This document shows, one piece after another, positions 9,913 to 20,101 of a DNA stretch of 63,727 nucleotides. The DNA comes from Basidiobolus meristosporus CBS 931.73 (taxonomy: Eukaryota > Fungi > Basidiobolomycota): positions 1 to 63,727 of the forward strand of contig MCFE01000516.1 of NCBI GenBank assembly GCA_002104905.1, read 5' to 3'. The notes below the pieces were generated by a model. It saw only the letters and a list, made by a program, of their open reading frames with translations. It was not told where the DNA came from and made no database searches. The position numbers were made by a program, and so were the translations under genes. Numbering within the stretch: the stretch's first letter is position 1; each line of letters opens with the position of its first letter.

Positions 9913-12786
9913 CTAAACATACTCACTTGGATCGTCGTTACTGCCTCGCAGTTTCTCGAACACGTGTGCAAATTGATTCTTCTGAAGTTCACGCATAGAC
10001 TTTATAACCACGAGTTTAGTTTAAGCAAAGAGCGAAAGAGACATTCATCAGGCCACTGTACCTCCAAAATCTTTTGCGTTTTGATCCCAGAATCCGCTCG
10101 TTCTTCACGAGCTTCCTTTTCGGCATCCGCCAGCTGGCTCTTTAATAGTGCCTCCAGCGCCTTTTGATTCTCTTTCCTTAGCCCTTCTCGCTGCTTCATA
10201 TCCATCTGGTGCTCTCTTCGTGCCTCCGCGATGGCGGATTTCTGTAATTTTAGCGTGGTAAGGAAGAGACTGTTCAATGTCTGAGCAGGAGTTGATGTTA
10301 GACATGGTTGATAGGAGGAATGTAGCAGAGTATACCTTGGATTCTTCGCTTTGGATGCGGTTTTCTAGACTCAATGCTTGTTGATCGATATTGTCTTTTT
10401 CCTTACGCAGTCTGGCCAGTCGACTTTTACGGTCGCAAATGGACTGCTTAGCGTAGAGCTTGGTCATCTGGTTGAGTTTAATAATGGCCTATTGAAAGTG
10501 ATTTAGTGCGAAGTAACTATGGGCATAGGGACCGAGCAAACATACAGCTCGGTTTTCCTGCTCTATTCTTTTCTTTGTCTGTTTAAGCAATTCAGCCTCC
10601 CTGGTGCTACGAGTGTTCTGCATAAAGATGATACGGTTATCGTATGCTTGATAATTCAAGGGGAGCCATTGGATAGTTTACCTGGCTCTCGGTACCTCCG
10701 CGGCAAGTGAGCTTACGAAAATATTCTTCGTTGTCGGCTAACGTATCATGCAAGATATCTTGCGGTGGGTGCGCTAAATGATATTAACACTCTTAATGGG
10801 AAGGCCCTCGCTTCTGTTCGGAAAGAAAAATAACCTTGGGATTTCGACTTGCGCAAGATTTCCCGTCGTTTCTCCTTGAGCTTTTTCACATACGCCGAGT
10901 CATCCGGGGTGGGTAAGAGTTGTGCGGGAAGTGGAGCATCACGCTTTGAAAAAAAGGAGGCGATTAGATAACACTTGCAAAACACTTCAATGTATGCCGA
11001 ATACTGACATTTTTGGATTTTGAGACAGAGGGCTTGTTGCATTCCTCGCCATGTTCAGTGAGGAACTCCTCGATATCATCCCGTACTCTTAAGCGCTCGC
11101 CAGGCTTTCTTAGCGGGATCCTCTTCTCCTCTTGGCGACGTCGCCGTATGCTCTCGAGCTGATCTCGTAGGTAGTCCGATCCGAGGGACTCTCGACTACT
11201 CTTGGAAGACTTGCTTGTGCTCTGCTTCTTTGGTGAAGTGGCATATGGCTTTGGCATCAATATCCGATATTGCTCATCGTCATAACTGGTATTCTCTTCA
11301 GAGGTATCATACACTGATCGAGAATCTCGGGGCAGCGAACCATTCGTATGCAAACTTTGAGAAAAAGAACGGTCAATCGATACGTCGGGTTTGACGTCTG
11401 CCTCTGTGGTCGATTGTGCACTGGGGTGTACATTGGAAAATGCTTTGGAGTTGGTTCCATAACCCTCGTCCAAGTCCCCTCTTATTCTTGACGATCGATG
11501 CCCGTCCAGGTGTTCACCACTTGTATCGATAGGCAGTTCGCTCTTTTCACTACCACCGAGATGGTCAGTGGTATCTGCGACTGATTTTGATTGTGCTCGA
11601 GATGAGGTTCGATAGGATTTGCTCGGCTCGTGTTGAGATGCGGAAGAAATATTTTCGTCCTCCGATGTGCTGAGGGATAGGTTGCTGGAGGGCATCTCGA
11701 TCCCTTCTTGTCGTAGATACTCAAGTATCGTTTCCAACTTGGATGTCTCCGAGATTTTCTCCCCATCCCTGGCACGCTCTATCAACCTCTCGATTTCGTC
11801 AAGAATATATGAATCGGTTGACGGCGAGTTGGCAACTGGATTCACCCCGCTTGAAGCTGGCTGATACTGGAAGCTTTCTTCAGTGTTACCATCGCCAGAA
11901 CTCCACCGGTCGGTTCCTGACCGACGCTCACTACCTGATGTATGCCTTGAGAATGACCCGCTCCTTGAGCTCCGCAGGGACGTTGTATCGTCCTCGGAAT
12001 TCTCCGACAAAAAGGAAGAAACCCTCGAGTTACTAAGCCCGGACGAGCGGCTTATGGGAGTACTCGAGACCAGTTGGTGGCTGAAAGAAGGTAAACCGGA
12101 TTGAGAGGAAGACCCGCTAGATTCCATCAAAGCCTTCCACCTCGACTCCAGCAGAGAATCGTCAGGGTTGTCATCGGTTAGCTCGTCGATGTATCTCTTT
12201 AAAATCTCCCGTATCTGAGTGGAGCTCAGGTCAGAGGAAAAAGTTAGGTCGGAAAGGGTGCCGGTGGTCTCCAAGGAGGTGTCCCTATTAGAGCTTTTCT
12301 CCTCCGTGCTGTTCAGCAACTGACTATCAAGCAATTTCACAATCTCCACAAATATTTCCAACAGATCCAGGATGCTGTCCTCATCACCGCTGCATATTAA
12401 CTGTGGCTTCAGGTGGGGTAGCTCTGCCTCCAACACCTCCTTCTCCAAGCGCTTGAGGATTCTCTCCAAATTGAAGATGTGGTCGGCGAAGTCGCTGGCT
12501 TGACGTTTGATTTCCGGAATCCTGATGTCAAATATCGCCTCGTACAGAATTATCCATAGGGTGGGCGTACAATCCGATAGCGTTTTCAGGCGGATCGGTA
12601 TGGAGTATCGCCGTAAGATCCTGTTAGCGGAGGTAAGCGAGGCTAGAAGGAGGTGGAAGGTTAATCCCAACCAAGTGGTGCAGCGGTCCGTGCTTCGTAC
12701 CGTACCGAGGAATATTTACCTGAGATGCGTTGTGGTTTGGGGGTGAACAGATGGTTCTGGCTGGAGAGTCGAACGGGTGTGGTCAT
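9913..12786 (-). CDS. CEP95-like centrosomal protein (DUF5745-type N-terminal domain, long Ser-rich linker, C-terminal coiled coil); 3' end uncertain
   Basis: ANRILRRYSIPIRLKTLSDCTPTLWIILYEAIF...ICSGDEDSILDLLEIF resembles the recalled CEP95 N-terminus; C-terminal exons LFLTTLKLQK...RELQK...NDDP resemble its tail. Confidence 0.68.
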
Positions 12787-13039
12787 AGTGTACACTCTAT
12801 CCCACCTGTGGATAGTACGATACTATACTGCAACTTCTAGCAGTACTTCATTTAGAATTCCATCAATTATTTTGGTGTAATCAAAGGTAAACAAATATCA
12901 ATAGAACAGTAACGATCGGACGGAGATTGACCGGAACCGAATGAATCATTTTATTGGGACTGAGACTACCATGGGGAAACGCGTTGAATATTTACAGACG
13001 AATGGAAGCCATATCATTGATCAGAGAGTTCAGTCGAGT

Positions 13040-14127
13040 TCACATCCTGGAAAGTCTACGCCTTGCATTAACGGGATGGTCTGCATTGAACGTATCACTT
13101 ACCTCAGGCCGATCATTGGGTTCTGGCGACTCAAAGCCATGCTCGGATTGCACATCAACCGACTCATTTTCCACCTCCAACCGATCGTACTCTGGATGAT
13201 TCCCCCAGGATACGCCAGCCACGTTTCGATATCTCCTTCTCCAATATATCACCCCACCAAAGATACCACAAACAACGGCCACCCCACTTATGGCCACCAA
13301 AGTTGCAAGGATAGAGGAGGTGAACGAGTAGGCTAGATCATACGGTGGTTTCGTGCTGTTCTGCGAGTCCTGGGCCGGTACCGGGGCGGTGGAGTTTGAT
13401 GGGCTGCTTGTTTTCACCGTCGACGAGGGCAACGGTGACGAGATAACCGTATCAAACGTGGACGCAGGAACAGAGGAGCTGAGGGTTTCGGTGAGAGTTT
13501 TGGAAGGCTCTAGACCGCTGGAAGTTAACGAGAACGTTTTGGCTTCAGCAGTCGAGGTCGAGATCAATGTTGAGGCTCCGGTTAAAGTTGAATTTGAGGT
13601 TAAGGTTGAGGTTGAGGTTGAGGCAAAGGTTGAGGTCTCTTGATCATGTTGCGGGTAACATTTTCCGGCCCGTTCTTGGAAGAAGGAAGCAGGAAGGTTT
13701 TCTTCGATCACGTTGGAGTCCGTGAACGCCCCGGAGTTCTCGCAAACGTTGATGGCGTGGCTCCTAACGGTCATGCAGATGGGGAGAAAGGTGTCGGTCT
13801 CTGGATCGCACTTCCTGTAAACCGTGTAGCAGGCCGCCTCAAGCAAGGCCTGGAAGCAGTCGGCCCCCGCCCGTTCCACCCCCTCCCTACTTATTTTGTC
13901 CAGCAAAGCTAATATGTTGGTGTTGGTACAGTGGAGCCGAAGAAATTCCCAATTGGAAGGTACTCACTTTTCACTTGGGCATCCGCGGCGGCGACGCTGG
14001 TGAGATTCGTGGGGTACCCGACGTCCATACATTTGGACGATTTCTCCGGTAACACGGTGCAGTTCAAAGCGGTCACCATGTGGTAAGAGGACAGGAAAAT
14101 GGCCAGAAAGAATGCAGGCACCTTCAT
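13040..14127 (-). CDS. Type I membrane protein: signal peptide, Frizzled-like cysteine-rich domain, Ser/Thr stalk, TM helix, acidic cytoplasmic tail
   Basis: MKVPAFFLAIFL signal; C..LP...KC.DVGYPT, CFQALLEAACYTVYRKC...PIC...C...C; TM ILATLVAISGVAVVCGIFGGVIYW followed by RRR; one intron (GTGAGT...TTAG). Confidence 0.68.
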
Positions 14128-14778
14128 TGCTACAGCGTCAGATACCAATACAATTGCAGATGCGGACGATTTCTAGCGAGCGCTGCGCGGTTGCACGGAC
14201 ATGCCATCTATATAGCGTAGGATGGAAATTTTCTGGAAAAGCGAGCGTCATATTTGGCAAGCGTGGGAGTCCAAATCAAGCAACTCGATGGATCTATGTA
14301 TAGGCGAACGCTATGATCGGTAATTGCGATCACAAGGAACAGGGAGCAGGAAGCAGAGCAGCGGATGCATCGCTGTATATGGGCGGGAAAGTTCTGCATG
14401 TGAATGGAGATTTAACAGTAACCAGGAATCAGATCGTTGAACTCCCTATCGATTGTCGATGGTGGATTTGGGAAGCGGGAGACATTGTCTTTCGTGCAAG
14501 GTGTTGCTTTCCATGCCACACCTGGCCAACATCCAGGTCGATGGGCCAGTCGTGAGTGATACATGAACAATTGGGATTGAATCTCGGATAAATATGCCAG
14601 CATTGGCCCTGGTGCACTTGCCAAGGAATTTTCCCATTTAAGCGACCTCGGGCGACACCATCTGCTGAAGAAGCCAGAGGAATCCCTGTTCCCTGAACCA
14701 CCGATTTTGTTCCCCCACTTTAGTGAAAGTGACAGTGGTAACATTAGAAGTAGAAGTAGAAGCAGAAACAAAAGTAGC

Positions 14779-15348
14779 ATGTTCACGGTGATCCCATGTT
14801 TCTCAAAGGTAGGAACCACGGATTTCGAGGACGAGAAGCTGAGGCCCATGTCGACCTATCGTAAAGCCTACCGTCTCATCACCCCCACCGAGCAATCCCC
14901 GCCTGTACTCCCGGACATCCCGGTGACCAGCCCCATTAAACTTGACCTGATTATCCCCCCTTTAGAAGAGATGGGTCCCTACGAGGAAAGTGGTCGCAAC
15001 GTGTCCCTGCGACGACGCTCCTCCATGCGCAAAAAGACCGACCGTTCACACCCTAAGGAGTCTCACCTGAATGTACACCACACCCACCGAAGGTCCGAGT
15101 CCAATCCCGAGGGAAGGACCAAGGTCACCCGGACATGGAACAGTTGGTGCGCATCCAACAGTAGAGAGCTGTTCTTCTTGGATGAAGAGAGGGCCGCGTC
15201 CTTCTATTCGCACAGCGAAGGTGTCCAAGGCCTCTCACCTGGCAGTGATGACAGGTTCATGGCATTCGAGGAATTACTGACCAAACGGGAGGATTGCGGG
15301 GACGAGATAACCATCAAGATCTCCTTGACTCCCTCCCTCCTGAAATGA
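14779..15348 (+). CDS. Hypothetical low-complexity protein with a C-terminal FEELL...TIKISLTP motif
   Basis: Open frame in a gene-sized gap; basic RRRSS motifs; the C-terminal motif recalls many uncharacterised fungal proteins. Confidence 0.55.
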   Translation: MFTVIPCFSKVGTTDFEDEKLRPMSTYRKAYRLITPTEQSPPVLPDIPVTSPIKLDLIIPPLEEMGPYEESGRNVSLRRRSSMRKKTDRSHPKESHLNVHHTHRRSESNPEGRTKVTRTWNSWCASNSRELFFLDEERAASFYSHSEGVQGLSPGSDDRFMAFEELLTKREDCGDEITIKISLTPSLLK

Positions 15349-15837
15349 TTTCTAGTGATAAATTAACTGCCGTATTATATTATGTGTTGAAATAGCTAAT
15401 TAATGTGTACCACGCCACACCACACCACACCACACCCACTGCTTTGATAACTCGGTTCTTGGCCCAGCATTGCCAGGAATCAAGAGACCATGCATCCCAA
15501 TTAAATCTAGTTATCATCTCCTCCCCACGAAACTGATTTGTCAGTGCTCTGTGATCGCAGGGGCGTCTCCCTCGATCGTTGACAATGAGCTCGGTTGTAT
15601 ACTCCAAACAATCCCATTGATCCATCATTGGGAAGAATAGACAATCCCATGCAATCCTCAAACGAATACGAATGTTTCCAAGAGAGAATAGTCCACCAAG
15701 CACGAAGATCAACCCTTTGTATTTAAGGAGGTGGCCACCGAGACCCTTCGACAAGACTATTGCTGTTCTCGTCTTGAGCGGTTCACAGGACTACGTCTTC
15801 CAGCTTTCAACCAATCCCCCTCCCCTCCCCCTTCCCG

Positions 15838-17163
15838 ATGCCTCCCCCAGTAACTAGAATAGACACCGAGGTGGTCAAGCTGGCACCTCTCATATCTACG
15901 GCAAGTGTAACCGCCTTCGAAAAACGCTCCGACAAGAAGCGCTGGTTCACTGTCACGGTGGCCCCCGCCGATTTTGGTCAGGAGGGTGAAGTCCGAAAGT
16001 CGTACTCTATCTACCGTACTCAAGAGCACTTCGTACAGCTATCCACTAGGCTGCACAAGACTTTTGCTAGCCAAGAGGTGGAAATCCCCGAACTACAGCT
16101 GCCCCAGCGAACCTTCTTGCTACTCGCCCCATCTGGGACAAAGGTATGCGCCAGGTTAAACTCCTACGTCAATACTCTGTTTCAGTATCCGGTGTACGTC
16201 GCCGCCTCTTCCATGGTCCTGGAATTCTTCGGCGTGTGGAGAAGCGATGTTGAATACGTGCGCAAGTGTATGGGCTCGCAGTACCCAGACTATTATTGCG
16301 AGGACGACGATGGTTACTACGGAGCCGATTCTGCAGCAGAGCTGAACGAGAAATTGTCTGAGCACACATCGCCTACCAAAAGTCCATTATCCCCTAGGTC
16401 CGTGCAACAATCACCACTAAACAAAAAATCCTCGCTCCGATACTCTGGCCTAATGAACAAGTACAAGCCCCTCGCTAGAAGCGGCACCTTTAACTCCGCA
16501 GATTCTGGATTGGATGATCGCCCGAGCTTGCGTCGATCAAAGAGCGCCATGTTGAGTCAGAAATCGAGTCAAGCCCCTTGGAATCGAGTCAAACGAGACA
16601 TCGTCCCCGTTAAATCGGAGCCGCGTTCTGCCATCGTTGCTCCCTGGAATTTGCATTACATCGAATCCGAAAAGGTCCGCGATCTTCTTCCCTCTCTCCC
16701 GACCCCTGCTTCACCTTACTTGGGACCAGACTCCACAAATGGCTCGCTCCTGAATCTCTCGAGATCCAATACGCTTCGGAGAGCAGGAACCATATCACGT
16801 ATAGACAGTTGCCGCTCTACCGTTCGAACGCTTCGAAAGGCCACTTCAACCAACTCGCTCTCGGCCGCAGCTAGAAGAGAGGCTGAGCCAGTGAGCTTTC
16901 TCAAGGCTAAGGTTGTTCTGGATGAGGATACCATCGTTGTCCTGCGTATTCATCGCAACATTCTCTTCGAGGATTTGCAGTTTCGAATCCTACTTAAGCT
17001 TCGTACCTGCGGCAAGCAATTCGACAACCTCGATAGCAGGTCGTTGGTTTACAGGCTGAGTGACGCCAAGGCGTTCTTGGTGACCGGGGAGAAGGAGTTA
17101 AACAGCGCTTTAGCTCACGGTGTGGACCGGGTCACTTTTTATTTTGTCCAGGTGGATGAATGA
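15838..17163 (+). CDS. PX-domain plus C-terminal PB1-domain scaffold protein, single exon
   Basis: PX: YSIYRTQEHFVQLSTRLHKTF...P.L...LNSYVNTL...VLEFF; PB1-like: LKAKVVLDEDTIVVLRI...FEDL...LVYR...VTGEKELNSAL. Confidence 0.8.
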   Translation: MPPPVTRIDTEVVKLAPLISTASVTAFEKRSDKKRWFTVTVAPADFGQEGEVRKSYSIYRTQEHFVQLSTRLHKTFASQEVEIPELQLPQRTFLLLAPSGTKVCARLNSYVNTLFQYPVYVAASSMVLEFFGVWRSDVEYVRKCMGSQYPDYYCEDDDGYYGADSAAELNEKLSEHTSPTKSPLSPRSVQQSPLNKKSSLRYSGLMNKYKPLARSGTFNSADSGLDDRPSLRRSKSAMLSQKSSQAPWNRVKRDIVPVKSEPRSAIVAPWNLHYIESEKVRDLLPSLPTPASPYLGPDSTNGSLLNLSRSNTLRRAGTISRIDSCRSTVRTLRKATSTNSLSAAARREAEPVSFLKAKVVLDEDTIVVLRIHRNILFEDLQFRILLKLRTCGKQFDNLDSRSLVYRLSDAKAFLVTGEKELNSALAHGVDRVTFYFVQVDE

Positions 17164-17571
17164 CGTTGCAGCAGATGAGAGCGCTACTGAACACTCCTAA
17201 CAAACCTAGTGTTTCAAATCCGTCAAACAATACGTGAGCTTCGCTATAGACTCGAGGGAAAGCGAAAGAAACTTCGATCTTCCCTTTCGTTATGTTATGT
17301 ATAATTAGTGATACATTGGCATTTTATCCTCTTCAACGACGTAGAAATTAAACCCATGGTTTAGTTGGAATCAATTCCTAAACAGATTTAAAATGTTGCT
17401 TATCTCGTCACGAAATTGATTTGATCAATCGGGCATTTGGTGGGTGTAATAATGTACGAAAAAAAAAGAATCGCATTCGGGAGAGTTGGGCTAGAGGGGG
17501 GTATAAGATGATGGGATTTGCTTGTGAACACTCCTTCTCCCGACTATCTTGTTGTGTTAGCAAAGAGTAGA

Positions 17572-18847
17572 ATGGACACTCTTATCTTGCGCGGAACTCT
17601 CGAAGGTTGGTCTCAGTGAATCTTTTTTGTTGTAGTCCATTTGACTTGCTCGCATCCGTTCCAGTTGGATGGATGGATGGGGCAGGATTCCAATGGATAA
17701 TGATCCTTATCACTGTGATTACTGAACGACAGTTGGTTTACTATGACAGGTCACACCGGATGGGTTACTGCCATCGCCACTACTCCTGAAAACCCTGACC
17801 TGGTTTTGTCTTCTTCTCGTGACAAGTCCATCATCATCTGGAACTTGACCCGCGATGAATCCCACTATGGTATCCCCCGTAAGGCCCTCCGCGGACACAA
17901 CCACTTCGTCTCCGACGTCGCTATTTCCTCCGATGGCCAATTCGCTCTCTCTGCTTCTTGGGATAAGACTCTCCGTTTGTGGGACCTTAACACTGGAGTG
18001 ACCACCCGCAGATTTGTCGGTCACGACAAGGATGTCCTCTCCGTCTCCTTCTCCGCCGACAACCGCCAAATTGTCTCCGGCTCCCGTGACAAGAGCATCA
18101 AGTTGTGGAACACTCTTGGTGAATGCAAGTACAACCTTACCGAGAATGGCCACACCGAGTGGGTCTCCTGCGTGAGATTCTCCCCCAACCCTGCCAACCC
18201 CGTCATCGTTTCCGCTGGCTGGGACAAGCTTGTCAAGGTAAATAGCTCCATCCTGATCCACCGGACCCATTCCTTTTGTATGATGTTTGAATATATTTGC
18301 TACTTCAGAGGTGACTCGCACTCACCCATGAGACAAATTTTCACCATATTTCTGACAAAACACCATACCTTGCGTTTCTCTTGCTTGTTGCAGACACTAT
18401 ACTTACCATTGTTTACATTTCTAGGTCTGGGATCTTACCAAGTGCAAGATCCGTACCAACCACATCGGACACACTGGCTACGTCAACACTTTGACCATCT
18501 CTCCCGATGGTTCTCTTTGCGCCACCGGTGGCAAGGACGGTGTTGTTATGCTGTGGGATCTTAACGACGGCAAGCACTTGTACTCTCTTGAGGCTGGTGA
18601 TGAGATCAACGCTTTGATGTTCTCCCCCAACCGTTACTGGCTCTGCGCCGCCACCTCCTCTGGCATCAAGATCTGGGATTTGGAATCCAAGTCCATTGTT
18701 GATGAGCTTCGTCCCGAGTTCGTTGGCGTTGGTCGCAGATCTGCTGATCCCCAGTGTGTCTCCCTTGCTTGGTCCGCTGATGGCAACACCTTGTTCTCTG
18801 GCTACACTGACAACTTGATCCGTGTCTGGCAAGTTATCAGAGCTTAG
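17572..18847 (+). CDS. ASC1: RACK1/Asc1/Cpc2 G-beta-like ribosomal scaffold protein (3 exons)
   Basis: [23 protein letters not shown]...; canonical RACK1 repeats through DNLIRVWQV; introns ~17606-17749 and ~18238-18424. Confidence 0.97.
18274..18360 (+). ncRNA. snR24: C/D box snoRNA U24 (snR24) in RACK1 intron 2
   Basis: Box C ATGATG at 18280, guide ATATTTGCTACT plus D' CAGA, C' ATGAGA, box D CTGA at 18352, terminal stem TTTTGT/ACAAAA; same host gene as yeast SNR24 in ASC1. Confidence 0.9.
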
Positions 18848-19056
18848 ATCATGTTCTGGTCATACAGAGGTCAATTTTATTTTCTCAATAAATCAGCCCG
18901 TCTTTTCCTCCTATTTGCGCGCAAAAATGGTCGGGCTAACTTGGTTGGATGCTTTACTATACATTCGAATGAGATGGAAGAGTGCCTAGACATTTACAAA
19001 GAATTTGGGGATATATATATAGAACAAGTTGGGTGCGCATATAATCAGATTCACGC

Positions 19057-19646
19057 TCAAGCAAGCACCTCGTCGATCTTGTAGAGATAGCCGTTGCCGG
19101 CCATTCTCACACCATCGAGGAATTGTGCCTTGTCGTTCAGTAGCAACTGAGTACCCTCTTTACGGACTTCAATTGGGGATTTATGATTCAGGGTGGGAAG
19201 GAGCTGGACCTCCTTCCAATTCTCCTCGCCCACTCGTCTGGAAATTATGTGTGAGGCCACTATCTCGTGTAGGTCGTCGAAGTGTTCCACGATGAGGTAC
19301 TTTTGAAAAGCCGCATTCACAGGGGCGAGGACTGTCACCTCGTTTTCCGGGTTGAACACTACACTGGCCTGCTCAAAGCATAGACGGTTAAGTCAATAGA
19401 TACTTTTGTGGATAAAATTTCGGAAAACCCACTGACCAGATCTGGAAACCGAAGCAGTGCGTCCGTGAAGATACCTAAGGATTTGTCCGTGGGTATGACA
19501 TCGCCTAGACTGACTTTCCCGTCCTGGACTACCTCGACGTACCCCTTTGTCTCTTGCACCTTCAACAGTTGGTTCTGGCTCAGCGGAAGCCCGTACAAAA
19601 GGAAGGGGAACAGGGATAGAATGAAGTATACACTGAAATAATTCAT
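19057..19646 (-). CDS. Secreted fasciclin (FAS1) domain protein
   Basis: Signal peptide; H1 VTVLAPVNAAF, central ASHII, H2 NGYLYKIDEVL; one intron. Confidence 0.8.
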
Positions 19647-20023
19647 GGTGCCGTTCAGTAGGGGCTCATTTGGTTATTTAACCGGTGCGATCAGGCGCAT
19701 GTGAGCATTGATGTAATCGGAAACTCGGGAATAAATGAAAGATTTCCTCCCACCTGCATAGATTTGATTACGATATGTTGGCAGGAATCGACCAACAATG
19801 GTGTTGCATAGACTGCGCCCATCACTGGTGACAATGTGTGATGACGAATCTCAGATCTTGTTCAGCCACAAAGACGAGTGATTATATTCAAACAAGAGAA
19901 ATATATATATTACATGACTAACAAAAGGCGCCATAAATGGGGCTCTTACAGGATGGATTATGTATAAGATCGATTGCGATGAATTTGTGTATTAAGAGAT
20001 GAATGGCTAATCAAAATGAGTTC

Positions 20024-20078
20024 GGATGGGATGGGATGGGATGGGATGGGATGGGATGGGATGGAATGGGATGGAATG
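20024..20078. repeat. (GGGAT)n pentanucleotide microsatellite just 3' of KIN1
   Basis: About 11 near-perfect GGGAT/GGAAT units read directly. Confidence 0.9.
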
Positions 20079-20101
20079 AATATGCTCGGAATGGAGAGTA
20101 C

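Noticed and set aside
9700-9915. Coding overlap between the CEP95-like 3' end and the convergent GPI gene
   Set aside because: It needs an extra intron at GTGAGT (~9926); read-through to the stop at 9913 is equally plausible and cannot be resolved without RNA-seq
17606-17749. Second snoRNA in RACK1 intron 1
   Set aside because: It has a CTGA and an ATGATC but no convincing C/D spacing, terminal stem or rRNA guide
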